From the human T2T-CHM13v2.0 reference genome, Homo sapiens, in assembly GCF_009914755.1 (NCBI RefSeq), contig NC_060946.1: a stretch of DNA of 64,000 bases. One strand, given 5' to 3'. Positions within the stretch are counted from its first letter, which is position 1. Each line of letters begins with the position of its first letter. A program made the position numbers and the translations under genes. Of this stretch, positions 14,591-29,250 are shown piece by piece. The notes beneath the pieces were generated by a model, which was not told the DNA's origin, made no database searches, and worked only from the letters and a program-made list of their open reading frames with translations.

Positions 14591-16059
14591 CAGTTTTCCA
14601 GAACCAAGAAGGAGAAAGGGGAGTTAGTGAAGTAAGACTACAACTCCTAAAATATATTTTTGTCGTTGTTGGGAAAAGGACCAGAGGAAATATATCTTGG
14701 GTGTTTAATCCTCCACCCTCCCTCTCCGTCTTGTCAATATGTGTGCTTTGACCACGCTGATTTTCTGCTCCTCCAAACGAACAATTTAAAATCTACTAAG
14801 TATTTACTTACTTGGTTCCAAATTTAGTCCTTAATTTATATATTTTACAACAACAAAATTCCATATTCTGATTTGAAACATGACCAGAAAGAGATAGTTG
14901 TTTAACATTAAATGTCATATTAAAACAAATAGTAAAGGCGGCTTTCCTAAATAACTGAAGCTTGCCATATTTTAGCATTCATGCGTAAGCCTTTCCTATC
15001 TACTTAAAATCTTTATTCTCATTGTCAAACCCTGACCTCAAGGCCCTTTTACCTCATACCTGAACAACTACAATGGTAACTGTTCTCTATGCCTTTTCTG
15101 ATCCCATCTCCTGCACTTCCTTGCCCTCCCACGCCCTGGAGGTCATGGGCTATTCTCAGCAAACTCCTCTACACACTCACCTCTCTTCTGTGATATTCTC
15201 TTTACTCTTTTGATCTTAAGGAAACCAGACTGCCCCTGAGATTACTGTTGCTTCTACAGTAAACACTTTTTTCTTACTCATCACATACCTCAGCAGGGGC
15301 AAGCATCGGCCTTACTCCCCATTACCATATAGTGTTGGACCTTCCAGATATCCTCTTCCTTCCTTCCCAATACTGCTTCCAAACCACTTCTCTTCCCTCC
15401 AGGCAAACTGCACCTGTCCCCTGCTAAATAGGGCTCCCTGATTTCATCTCCATTGTTAGTCTTATCACTCTGATAACTTCAACAGCCACATAGATTCAAC
15501 ATTTTGGCCTTCTTTTTGAAGTCTTTAGCACCAACTGTATTTTTCCACCACCTCACCTAAAGCCATTCACCTAGCATCATATTCTAATACAATCATTACC
15601 TACAAAAATTTCAAGTATTCTATTATCACACCATCAAGCGTTTGCTTACAATAGTAGTTTGACCCCTGTGGCAATTCTCCAGCCTCCTTAAGATCTATAG
15701 TTTACAGGCTGATGTACCACTTTTTCACTATTACTCCTTCTTATGTTCTACCTCCCTCCTAAGCCAGTTTAGATCCTATGGCCTCATACTACACAGAGTC
15801 CTCTCCAAAAAATCTTAATTTCCTTGTCCTCTTTTCCCTTAGTCTAACTCATTTGGCAGCTCCAACTATGTACTTATTCCTCTCCTGCATTTAAATAACA
15901 GAAGATTGCTGGATAAAACTCACACAACTGACTCGCCACCACATACATCAAATTTATGATCACAAATCTTAGGCCTACTTCATCTCTGTAGTAAATTTAC
16001 TCCCCATTTTTTTGAGATTACTATTTTATACCTTGCTTCACTCCTCAAATCTGCAATAT

Positions 16060-16400
16060 AGTAGTCATGTATCACTTAACAACAGGAATGTGTTCTGAGA
16101 AATGCATCACTGAGCAATCTGATTGTGTGAGAACATCAAGGTTCCGTGTGCTTACACCAACCTAGATGGTCTAGTCTACTACATACCTAGGCTATACAAT
16201 ACAGCCCATTGCTCTAGGCTATTGTCTTAGTCCATTTAATGTTGCTATAAAGGAATACCTGAGGCTGTGTAATTGATAAAGAAAAGAGGTTTATTTGGCT
16301 CACAGTTCTGCAGGTTGTGCAAGAAGTGTGGCACTGGCACCTGCATCTGGTGAGGGTCTCTGGCTGCTTCCTTCCACTCATGGCAGAAAGGGAAGAGGGG
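16060..16400. mobile_element. Tigger3/MER47 fragment (16060-16222) abutting an MST (MaLR) LTR fragment (16223-16400), within old L2 sequence
   Basis: ttctgagaaatgcatc...cctaggctata; tgtcttagtccattt...ggtttatttggctcacagttctgcagg. Confidence 0.7.
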
Positions 16401-16624
16401 TTGAAGTCAGCAATGACCTCCATATTGCTAAACTCAGGCTTCTGCCCTCATCATTCCACCAAAATAACCCTTGCTAAAGTCACCAATGACTTCCATATTG
16501 CTAAATCCAAGGACAGTTTTCAGTGTCTTGCCACAATCTCTTATCTTGATTTCCTAATGTCCTGGTTTTCCTCCTTAAGAATAAGGTCTTTAAAACCTAG
16601 TTCCCTGCTTCCTTTGAAAATCTT

Positions 16625-16930
16625 GGCCGGGCACACTGACTAAGTCCTGTAATCCCAGCACTCTGGGAGGCCAAGGTGGGCAGATCTCTTCAGGTCAGGA
16701 GTTCAAGACCAGCCTGGCCAACATGGTGAAACTCCATATCTATTAAAAATACAAAAATTAGCTCGGCGTGGTGTGGGTGCCTGTAATCCCAGCTACCTGG
16801 GAGGCTTGAGGCAGGAGAATCGCTTGAATGCAGGAGGCGAAGGGTGCAGTGAGCCAAGATCATGCCACTGTGCTCCAGGGTGGGTGACAAAGCAAGACTC
16901 CATCTCAAAAAGGAAAAGAAAAGAAAAGAA
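16625..16930 (+). mobile_element. AluS
   Basis: Full Alu with (GAAAA) tail. Confidence 0.92.
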
Positions 16931-18030
16931 AATTCATTCTTCTCCAGGCATTAACTTCTCTTCTTGCTCTACATTCCTCCCTAGACCGTTATCATTTTAA
17001 GCCATTATGAGACCCGCTCGGGGCATGCAGGTTTCTCACAATAGAGGAAAGCCTCTGTCTTTCCTTCTGTTTCCAGACCTAGGTGGCCATGTAAGCAATA
17101 TTTCCTCTTGAACATCTCAAAGTTACCCAAGTACTAAATCCAAAACCAAACCCATGATCCCTTTCATCTTCCCTCCTACAAAAACCTGGTCCTCTTCTAA
17201 ATTATAACATCCTGTCAATTTTACCTTCTGAATCTCTCAATACAGTTCCGCTTCCCTCCAGCCCATTCTATCATGACCTTCCCTGTCACTCAGACTCTTA
17301 CACAACAATCACCTAACTTCTCTCTGCACTTTTACTCTCCTCTAATCTATGTAGGTATCTTTTTAAAAAATCTAATTATAAACTTCACTTCACCCTACTC
17401 CCAATCCTACTTAGAATCTTTTAATGGCTTTTCACTGTCAAGTACGGTACCTATCACGGCATCTGACCTTAAATGTTATCTGAACTGAGCCATTGTCTAC
17501 ATTTTGTGATAATTCAATTTACTATTAAGTCTAGTTCTCTAATTGTGTAGAGCAATTAGAGTGGCAAAATAGTGATAAAAAGCACTAAATGACTAACGTG
17601 AAACCTGAATAAGGTGTTGTTATTAGCTTATTTTTGCCTCACACAAAAGAACTTCCAGAAACTTTCACAGATTATCTCTATAATCTCTTGGTCCCATTTT
17701 AAAGATTAGGAAACATGCTCAGAAAGATGATACACTGACAAATGGCACAACCAAGACCCGAAACTGTATCTTTTGACTCACAGTCTGTGACTTTCAAGTT
17801 TTATGATAAAGCCATCAGTTACTTGCTACTTCATTTCTAAAATGACTGATATGCATTTTTCTAAGATTATTCCATGAATGTTCCTAAGAATATATCTTTT
17901 TCGTAACCTGAAAAATCAAGGTATACACAGTTAAGTAATTGTCTCAAGTAACGAAGGGTGATGAAAACAGAATTCAGGTTTCCTTATTTTCATTTCTCTA
18001 CTCTAGCCTTGTACCATGCTGAATGCTAGT

Positions 18031-18322
18031 ACAGGTAGTGTCCCTCATCTGTGGGAAATATATTCCAAGACCCCCAAGTAGATGCCTGAAACTTTGGGTA
18101 GTACTGAATTCTATATATACTACGATTAAGTTTAATTTGTAAGTTAGGCACAGTAAGAGATTAATGATAACTAATAATAAAACTGAATAATTATATACTA
18201 TAATAAAAGTTACACGAATGTGGTTTCTTTATCTCTCTCAAAATATAATACTTTTGAAGTGTGATTGACCTTGGGTAACTAGAGATACAGAAAGTGAAGC
18301 CATGGATAAGGGGGACTACTAT
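18031..18322. mobile_element. MER44 (Tigger7-derived)
   Basis: ttccaagacccccaagtagatgcctgaaac; ggataagggggactact terminal repeat. Confidence 0.75.
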
Positions 18323-18788
18323 ACTGATAAACTGGAAACCACTGAACAAATACAAGACGAGGCTAATTGTGGTATAGCAAGTTTTAGGGATGGACAAACC
18401 ACAGTTCAAATTCTAACTCTGACAATTGCAAACTGTGTGACTTTGCAAGTTACTGAAATATCTGCTTTCTCATCTGTAAAATGAAGATAATAGCTAACAC
18501 TCAGGTGCACTGAGGAGTAAATGTTATCACTCAATAGACAGTTTAAAATAAAATAAAATGAAACAAAAAAAAATCAGGTTCTCCCAAAAGAAGCTAGCAT
18601 AAAATGAAATAAGAGCCATAGTTTTTAAAAGATGAGATTGCGTTTCCAGGTCTGCCATTTACTGCTTGTCATATACTCTCTCATGGTTGCTTTCCTCACC
18701 TGTACAATAGGGATAATGATACTTAGTCCTTAGCAATGTTGTGAGGATGAAATAGCACATAAAAGGATTTCACTTATGTATGTTAATT

Positions 18789-19184
<396 letters not shown>

Positions 19185-22100
19185 AGGGCACACTATGTCT
19201 TTAATCTTTAATCATCTTTGTATTTGCAACAGCTGGCTCTACCCATTATGGGCATTCATTAAATGTTGGCTGAACTGATTTATTAAGAAGACAGAATTGA
19301 ACTATGAAAAAACAACAGTTCAAAATAAAATCCAGAAGTTCATCCATATAGAGCATGAATAAGAGAGGGCCTGGTGCCTGTCCAGCTAAGACTGCACAGA
19401 CAGGGAGAACATATCCTGTTTTCTGGTAATTTAAGTAAGTGGTCTATAATTATGTTTATTGGATATAAATTACATAATCATCAAACAAGTAAGTTGCCTC
19501 AGTACAGGAATCATATCTGTCTGTCTCTTTCCCTGTTTTTGATGATGGCGAGAGAGGGAAAATAAATGACATAATGAATGCTTAATAGTACTGTGCAACG
19601 CAAAAAAAAAAAAAAAGTTTACAACAAATAATGGGGATTTTTCTCCATCAGGAGGCAACCTTAACAAGGGCTCCCGAGCCACGAGTACTTAACATACAAA
19701 CTAAGAGGAAAAATATTTCACAAAAAACTAGTTTGTGTTTATCAAAGTTCTCCCTAGATGAATTCAAAGATACCCTCAACGTGATACAGAAAACACTTCG
19801 GAGTGGTGAGTAGTCTGCCTATGCAAATGTTCAAAGCAAAAAGTTGGCTTGTACTAGTTATTTACTGAGCATCTATTGTGTGCCATTCACTATGTTAAGT
19901 ATATTCATAGATTATCTCAAATCTTCACAACAATCCTGAGTGCCACTATTTTCCCTATATGACAAATGAAACTGAGGCTCAGAGAGGTTAAGTAACTTAA
20001 CAGTCATACACTTGGAAATGGCAGAGGTGGGATTTAGACCTAGTGAGGTTTCTGAAACCCGTATTCTTTTCACCACCTCATGCTGCCAACTGACGCTACC
20101 AAATTCACTAAAAAAGAGGATGACTCAACAGGAAAGCGGGGAGAAAATCTGGCAAAGCAGCATAGAGAGCGCACAAGATAGCATTCTATCTCAGAGTTCT
20201 AGACACACAGGAGCAAATTAATGAGCTGCATCTAACTACACAAATGAAAATGCTTGGATAAGCTGTAACTTTTACTCTTCAATTCTACAGGTTCTAAAAA
20301 TGCCCATCTGCACCAATTCAGAGGTACTGACAACTGAACATAGTCCAGTAATTTTTCTAGAATACTCAGAAAGAGTGCCTTTGACCCATTACTGGTACCA
20401 AACCAAGCATGCAAGGGAGGTGATACAGTATGTTTGACAGTTTTCTCTGATCACCTAGACCTAAACATCCTTGCAGAACTGGGCATTTTTCAGGCATATC
20501 TACTGTTACATAAAATTCACTTCATGGAATTTCAGAATCAGAAGAGGTTCAGTTCAATTATCTTACGCATGTGGAAACTGAGTCTCAGAATAGTTATATG
20601 ACTGCCGAAAGTCACATGGCTTGGTACTGGCTAAACCTACACTAAAACTCTCATCTCCTATTCCTAGTCCACAGCAGCTCCTCTGTGCCTCCCACTGAAT
20701 GCGTGACCACCAAGGCTTCCTTCTATGTATCTGGGCATTATTCGCTATAGCTCCTTCTGCACGTCCTCAATGAAGTAAACAAAGGCATTGGGCTAGATGA
20801 CACAAATAATAAAAGAGATAGAGCTGACCTGCTTTTTGCCCTCTAGGCAGTGCTACCCAAGCCTTCAGGTGTCATGGCATACATAGGAAATATTTTTATA
20901 GCACAAAGTGGTAAACAAATTAGGGTGCACATGATCAAAGTGACCAGGGGACTCCCAAGCCCCAGCTGGCTGCTCCAAGGGTTGTGGGGTATAGTAATCT
21001 TGGCATATTTCTATCTCAATCTGGCATGTAGCATTGGTAGGGAAGCTCTGTTCCAGGGTTAATAAGTAAAAAAAAAAATTGAGATAAATACACAAGTAAC
21101 TGTAACATAAGCACAAAGGAAATAACTAAGGAGACTGTCACTGTCTGCTTTCATCAAACATAAGTGAGTGAAAATGAGATTAATTCAACTTGCTTCCTTT
21201 CATAACTCCTCTTCCAAACAAATCAAAAGACAGAACAGCCCATCCTTCAGGTCAACAGGGCTGATCAATCCCACCCACAAGGCTGCAAAGAGCCTGCACA
21301 GATGACTAGTTTACAGGGAGGCGAAAACTACTTAATGCACATTAGTGTGTCAGAAAAGTTCTGAGCTCTTACAAATACTACAAAAAAAATCAATAGAGAA
21401 GAGAAAATAATATTTCAAGGTCATATTTAAACATGAAGGGAGAAGCACGAAAAGCAGCCCCTCCGAACATACACACATACATATACATCTTCTGTGAACA
21501 AGCTCCATCTCTGCAAACGCAGTTAACATTTGCTTTCTGATAATTTATAAATTTAGCCTGTGTTAGCCAAGTAGGTTCCTGCAATTCCAGACATCTGGGC
21601 TGAAGGGCAAAGGGCAAAGGGAAACTTTCAAAAAGCTGGTTAGTAGCCAAGAGCATCACATCTAGTAGGCTCCCTTAGCAACACACAACAGCTGTTTGCT
21701 CAAGAGACATACTGCCATCTTTGCAACGGACTGTAAGATGTTCTTGTCTTAACAACTAAAAATTGCAGGCGGCTTGGGGGAGCAGTTTCTCTATTATTTC
21801 CCCTGACATTTCTCTAAAAGTTATCACATTTCATAATTTACAAACTTCTCCAGTCCCAGAAAGTTTCTCTCCATCCCAAACTACAATGCTACTATTGACG
21901 GTAAATTACAGTAATAGAAGGTACTACATTCCTGGCAAATATAAAATGCTTTATAATGTCTCATTATTAATTACTATTCTAACTGCTATAGACTTGATTT
22001 CTAACTACGGGCAAGTCACTCTTTGTGGCTTAATTACTTTCCTCACACAATTTTAATAACAGTAGTGAGTGACCTATTTCACAAGACTATTGTGAAGGAT

Positions 22101-22564
22101 AGTAAAAATTATTAGATAAAAGCTTATGAAAGCTTATTCCTAATTAATAATCATGCCGCCTATTGGCTCTCAATATCTAAAGACATGGCTTAACAAGGTC
22201 AGTACCCCCAAAACAAAACACAAGTCGATCCTGAGCCACCAGGAAGACTGCAGTTCCTGAAGCAACCAGCTCACAACTTCACCTGCCCCACTTGCCTTCT
22301 CCAAACCTACCAAGCCCAGGGGATGGTACTGCGCAGGGAGTTCAGCCCTTGCGCCTAAGTCTGACAAGATAAACAACATAGGGGGAGGAAAAAAAACAAT
22401 GTCACAATCACCGCTAGGTTTTAAAAACCTAACACCTTGGAACAGAAGGGGATGTGGCAGTCTGTGCTCTGTGGGGAGGCCATTTGTGCAACAGCAGAAC
22501 CTCGCAGCTTTCCACTCCTTATATGTGCAAGTGCAAACCCTCACCCACAGCACTCTGTACTCAC

Positions 22565-22728
22565 CCAGAGGTACATCATGTCAGATCGGGCTGCTCAAAC
22601 TCAGCGGTCAGTGGATCCTGGACTGCAAAAAGGCACTTCAGTGAACCACAGGAAAGAAGATGCCAAAACTGGGGGGCAAGAGTTTGAGGTGGGGAGAAAC
22701 CCCCCAAAATCACTTGAGTTAAAAAATC
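22565..22728 (-). other. Candidate exon (alternative first or hybrid exon) encoding MMYLW before a phase-0 donor; possibly of RBFOX2
   Basis: TGG|GTGAGT donor at 22565/22564; ATG at 22579 with in-frame TGA upstream; long T-tract + AG acceptor at 22729-22750; GA-rich tract upstream; unique non-repeat context. Confidence 0.5.
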
Positions 22729-22756
22729 CTAAAAAAAAAAAAAAGAAAAGACTGGT

Positions 22757-22829
22757 CTCCTCCCCCCTCCGCTCCAGCTGACTGTTCTGTTGTTCTCTCT
22801 CCTCCCTCTCACCCTCCCTCCGTCCCTCC

Positions 22830-22861
<32 letters not shown>
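22757..22861. repeat. Polypyrimidine (CT)n/(CCCT)n tract, GA-rich on the minus strand; candidate promoter/5'UTR
   Basis: Direct reading; lies immediately 5' of the candidate exon on the minus strand. Confidence 0.8.
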
Positions 22862-24868
22862 GGGAGTTCCCAGCTCTGAGTATCTGAACTAGAGTGTACA
22901 GCACACTCTCTCTGTATTTGCCTTCAGGGAATCTCTCTCTGCAATTCTACTTCTAGAAACACAATCACCACTCACAAAGATTATTGCAAAAGACAGGGAT
23001 GGGTGGGGTCAGTAATAAACCACCAGCACCAGTTTCTAGTGCTAGATATACATTAGTTTAAGATGAGTTCTTTAAACATGAATGAAGCAATCAAAAATCT
23101 CTGCCCTCTAAGATCAAGGCAAGTGAGCCAAGCTTTCCCTCTGCCCCAATTGTGGAGCCCCTTGCAGAAGCCAAGCACACACACAGAACCTGCTCAGAGC
23201 CCACATTCCTTTCTCACAATGTGTGCTTGACACCACTATTCTTTACGTCATTTCACCACTAATAATTCTTAATCTTGCAAGATTTCAAAACACAGGAAAA
23301 CTTAAGATATAAAACTGAATAGGCTTTTCATCTTTTTTATTACTACTGCCCTAGTTCACATCAACATAGCCTGGCTTCTGAAGGAGTCAAGTGGATCATG
23401 AGCTCGTAGCATGGTACAGACACTTTACTCACCACGCAGACGGGCTAAGGTGCACGGCTTGGGTTTCAATTCTAGATCTACAAGTACTATCATTATGGCC
23501 TGGGGAAAGTTTCCAACCTGTCCAGGCTTCTGTTTCCTCTACCAAAAAATAGGTTTAATACTCCTTTCAGAGGTGTTGTAATGATATAACTACGTAAACT
23601 GTCTGCCATGTTCCTGGTGACCATGTTTTCTAATTTTAATTCAGTTCAAACATTTATTAAGTACTTCCTATATGCCAGGCGAGTTTTCATTCATTATGCC
23701 CAGTGGTGAACAAGTATTATCAAATCACCTGTCCTAATGGTTTTTATTCAGAAAATCACGTAATTATCCCCCATATTCTAATGCCAATGTCAATGCCCAT
23801 ACGTGTTCCTTGCTTCCCCGACCCCTTTCTCCATGTTCAAATCCAAAAGCAAACCCCAGCTGTGAGTGAGCTCTCCTTTCTCTGTGGGGACTGGTGTTTG
23901 TAACATGGCATTGACCACCTCTGTGGGCTACTTCTCCAAGTATTCCTATAGCAAACCACTTCTCCTCTGCACATCTTCCTCAGTGGAGACCTAACATCTC
24001 GTCTTGGCTCATCCATTTTTGGCCATGGAGTCTTTTGCATAGTACCTAGCACACAGTAGGTGCACAAAACATTCTCAAACGGTAACAGGTTTTGAGGAAT
24101 ATTCCACTCCTTCCCACTCATTAAAGAAAACACAAAACAAAATAAAAAGCAAACAAAAACCACCTTCCAGCTGCCTCAGGGTTTTGGCTCCCCCTCAGAC
24201 ATGCTGAAACAGCTCCTTCCTGCTTATAAAATCTCCAAGTAAGGTCTACAAGTCTCACATTCAAGGTAGGCCCCATGCAGGTACTTTCACTCTCCCTACC
24301 TAATATTCCCACTGTGCGTGCTCTGGGCTTAGTTACCTGCCATAGTGGGGTTTCTTCCTCTTAGGGTAGAAATAGAATCACTTTTCCTTTTCTTTCACAC
24401 TGAACGCATGCTTTCCGCAGACGAACGTTTTCTCTCCTCCCACCTTAAACTCCCAGCTCATTTAAACTTGGAGAGGTGGGGCAGGTATTCTTCTTGGCCT
24501 CACCCAAACCTTTTCTTTTTCTCTACATAGAACCTCTCTGCTTCTTCTGAAGGCAAGATTACTACATTTCTAGTACAAAAGAGGAGAAAGAACTTCCAAG
24601 CCTGAAACTGAGATAGCCTGTTTTCTAAATAAAAGAAAAAAAGAAAAATAAATCTTGACTTTCCATAAAGTGTTACTTAGACTCTTTTACATGTCCATAA
24701 TCAGTTTTTATACACAACTTTCCTCTCTAGTTACATGGCTCATGCCCTAAATCTTAAGTCACCAACACTCCCCATACCATACTGTAAATAACTATATTAA
24801 AATTACACTGATAAGAGATTCATTTTTTCAAATTCTTTGAAGAGTCTTTTATTACTCGACACTCATTC

Positions 24869-26171
24869 TTTTTTTTTCTTTTTAACCTCAAATGTTTTAA
24901 TGGTGGGATCTTATTCACTGTGTACAGGATTCTCTAAAGAGACCACCTGGCTGGGTGCTCAAACCACACGGGCTGACCCAAAAGACACCAAAACCAAGAG
25001 TTGCTCGGGAGGCACTAAATGTTGACGGTCTTGGCCAGCTTCACATCCTCAATTTCAGCAGACAGCCAGCAGTAAGTGTGATGAAGCCGCAGCACCTCAA
25101 TGGCCTTGAGTTCCAGTGGTGTTGCCTGAATACCAAGGTCTTCTAAGCTGGGCAGGTGAGACAAGGTCATGTCTGTGATGTGAATACGCTCCACTTTATC
25201 CCTTGTTGTCCAGGACTCAAATGGGCTTATTTCAAAGTCTCTTGCTACCCACTGATAGGCAAAAGGTGGCAAGGGGTACGGGAGGAAGTACCCCTTTGCT
25301 GTGAGCCACAGCAAAGATGTACTTCACCAGGTCAAAGAGGAGATATCGATTTGGCCCAACGAAAGCAAAGGTTTTCCCATTGGCATCAGGATCCTTAACT
25401 GCATTAACAATTCCTTTGGATACATCTACGACGTATACTGGTTGTTTAACTGCCTTCCAGCCCAAGGAAACAAGGGGTATAGCACCAAACCAACACATAT
25501 TTGCAAAATAATTAAGGAATCTATCCTCTCTTCCAAAGATGTCCAACAGCTTTACGATAATGGCTTCTGGAAATGTGTCTCTCACTGCTTTCTCTCCAAC
25601 AGCCTTCTTTCTCAAATATCTAGAAGAGCTTTTAATATTCACATTCAGATGTGCAACATGAATGAATTTTCCAACTTCAGCTTCCTTGGACACCTGAGCA
25701 ATTGCTTGGGGAATCTTCACAAAAACATCCTCAAAATCAAAGTTTTTGGTTTCCCAGTCTCGTCCAACAAGATTTATGACCACATTGCTGTGTTCCACTA
25801 CTCGTCAGATAGAATCTTTATCTCTCGCGTCCCATTCCAGAAACAGAAGCTAGCCCAGGTCTCCCATGGGACGAAGGTGCATGATGTCACATGTATCACA
25901 CCGATAGGGTATGATCACCTGTGACCCCACGCGTCCAAGGTGGTTGACAACACATCGGCCCAGGAATCCTGTTGCTCCAAACCCAGTGGCCACAATCCCA
26001 CTGACTTGAGGAACATTCACCTTTCCCATGAGGTATGAGGGCATGATGAAGCTGGCAATGGAGTGGGCTGTGACACACGGATGTGGCTATTGCAGTAATG
26101 GCAGAATGTGACATTGGCAGGGCCCAGACAACCCGGGATTGTGCAGCGGCCGCCATCTTCTCCCACAATCC
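24869..26171 (-). pseudogene. NDUFA9P1: Processed pseudogene of NDUFA9 (complex I 39-kDa subunit), probably NDUFA9P1
   Basis: Intronless; ATG at 26156 ([10 protein letters not shown]...), GATGFLG Rossmann motif, ends ...[11 protein letters not shown] with TAG at 25015-25017; frameshifts near 26008 and 25290; premature TAG at 25850-25852 and TGA at 25805-25807; 3'UTR with ATTAAA at 24896-24901 and A-tail at 24869-24883. Confidence 0.96.
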
Positions 26172-26478
<307 letters not shown>

Positions 26479-26596
26479 GCAGTCATTCATTCTTAACCAA
26501 GTATCAATAAAATAAATACAATGAAATTCTGGATCTTCATACTGTAATTTTATAGTGTTATCTTTTAATCAAGTTTAGGATAGGATAAAGATAAAA

Positions 26597-27016
<420 letters not shown>

Positions 27017-27709
27017 TCAAAATAAAGAAAAGTTTAAATATGTCACAAAAACTCTGCAAACTACCTCTGAAACTCCCATGGGTGGAACCACCATAAACTT
27101 CTTTGGAACCACAGGAAGGGCTTGTAAATTCCTATTATAAATGCATCTATTTCTTTTCTGATCATAATCTTTAAAATTAGGTGGTCAGTCTGGTCAGAAA
27201 TAAAACTCTTCTGTATGTTACCTTTATGAAAACATACAAAAACCAAAAACCCACAGGGAAGCTAAGTTATCTTTTTTATTCATGCTCCTGCATGTTCACA
27301 TTTTTCTACCTTTAAAACAAAACAAAAAAAAAAAAAGAAAGAAAGAAAAAAGGGGGAACAAAGTGGTAGGAGAAGAAAAAAATTTATTTCCAATTATCAA
27401 AGTCAAATAAGGAAAGCTATGCTTTATAGCTATATACAATTCACATTAAGAGACAAAAAGGTGTAAAAACTCCACACTATAAAGAGACTCTAAAAAGAAT
27501 CACAGTCTTATACACAGAGATTAAGATGCACACATACTTCATTCTATCAGGAGAGCATGTTATCAGACTTTGTGACTGATAGCTTATCACCCTATCTGTT
27601 AGTTCAGAGGAGAGAATGTGTCCATTTGAGCACTAAAGAAAGTCTTCTGAGGAGGGCCCACAGAAGAAGTTTCTGGCATGCTTGCTTCTGAGAAAGAAAA
27701 ATCAGATAA

Positions 27710-28085
<376 letters not shown>

Positions 28086-28444
28086 CAGGCTACTTGTTTT
28101 ATACGAGTTTCTCTGTGGTTGTAAGAGGACAGCGGGGGGAAGTAGGTATACCGGGGGAGCCAGCACAATTTCTCAAAAATGTACCTGAGAAATCAGGCAC
28201 TAAAAATTCTTCAGAAGAAATCTGAGGCAACCCTCTATACATAGTTTATATTCCTATCACTTCCTGGACTGGTAGAGACAATACAGACTCACCAAAACAA
28301 CACTGAGGTAGAGAAATGAGATGTATGAGTATTGTCTATGAAGCTGACTTAAAAAAAAAAAAAAAAGTCGAAAGAATGAGGCTCTTTTTCCCTCACTTCC
28401 TCTCAGCTTAAAATAGCAGGGATTCCCACAGGGCAATCTCTAAC

Positions 28445-28620
28445 AGAATTCTGCTACTCAAATGTGACACATGGACCAGCAACAGCAGAATGAGCATCAA
28501 CTGGAAACTCCTTAGATTTGAAGAATCTCAGGCCCCACCCTAGACTTACAAAATCAAAATCATATGATAACAAAAGCCCCAGGTAACTCTCAGGCACACC
28601 GAAATCTGAGAAGCTGGTCT
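28445..28620. mobile_element. MER5 (hAT-Charlie)
   Basis: ctactcaaatgtg...ggaccagcaacagc...aatctcaggccccaccctagac. Confidence 0.65.
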
Positions 28621-28779
28621 AGACAGAGGCACTGGCCACATGCAGCAGTAGCGACTCATGGGAGAAGGCGTAGATATGGCTGCCACTTTCCAGTTAGGGG
28701 ATGTAAACCACCCTGGAAGACAAAACAGTGAACATTCCTCTCCCACTTGCTGGTTTCAATGTAACACCACCAACCGCTA

Positions 28780-29000
28780 CTATTTACTCAGAGCATATTA
28801 TGTGCCACAACTTTGCATGCATTATCTCATTGCATCTTCACAATATCTCTGTAAGACAGGCCCTGTTATCTTTTTCACAGATCAAAGGAAATTGAGGCCC
28901 AAAGTGGTTACATAATATACTCATGGTCTCACAGCTAGTGAATAAAGAGCCAAAAGTTCAACGTTCGTTTTTAAGACTCCAAGATCATTTCCACTAAATC
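28780..29000 (-). mobile_element. MIR
   Basis: tattatgtgcca...ggaaattgaggcccaaagtggtta. Confidence 0.65.
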
Positions 29001-29121
29001 ATACCTATTCACTGACAAAACTGAATCAAGACTGGAAAAAAAATCACTGAAAAACTTACCCTGGATATAAATAACCCTGCACTCTACCTCTGCCCATTAC
29101 CAAGACTTTAAATAACAAATG

Positions 29122-29250
29122 AAGCCAGGTGTGGTGATGTGAGCCTGTAATCCTAGCTTCTCAGGAGGCTGAGGCAGGAGGGTTTGCTTGAGCTCAGGAG
29201 TTTGAGACCAGCCTGGGCAACATAGTAAAACTCTCATCTCAAGAAAAAAG
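29122..29250 (+). mobile_element. FLAM/FAM Alu monomer
   Basis: Single 7SL-derived arm with A-rich tail. Confidence 0.85.

Noticed and set aside
22170-22781. Overlapping 127-aa (-) and 114-aa (+) ORFs
   Set aside because: No recognisable protein; better explained by higher GC around the candidate exon.
25232-25798. 188-aa NDUFA9-like ORF as a functional retrogene
   Set aside because: Fragment between two premature stops and a frameshift; GTG start; lacks the transit peptide and the GATGFLG motif.
25301-25924. 207-aa plus-strand ORF, the longest in the window
   Set aside because: Antisense shadow of the NDUFA9 pseudogene coding sequence with a GTG start; no independent evidence of coding.
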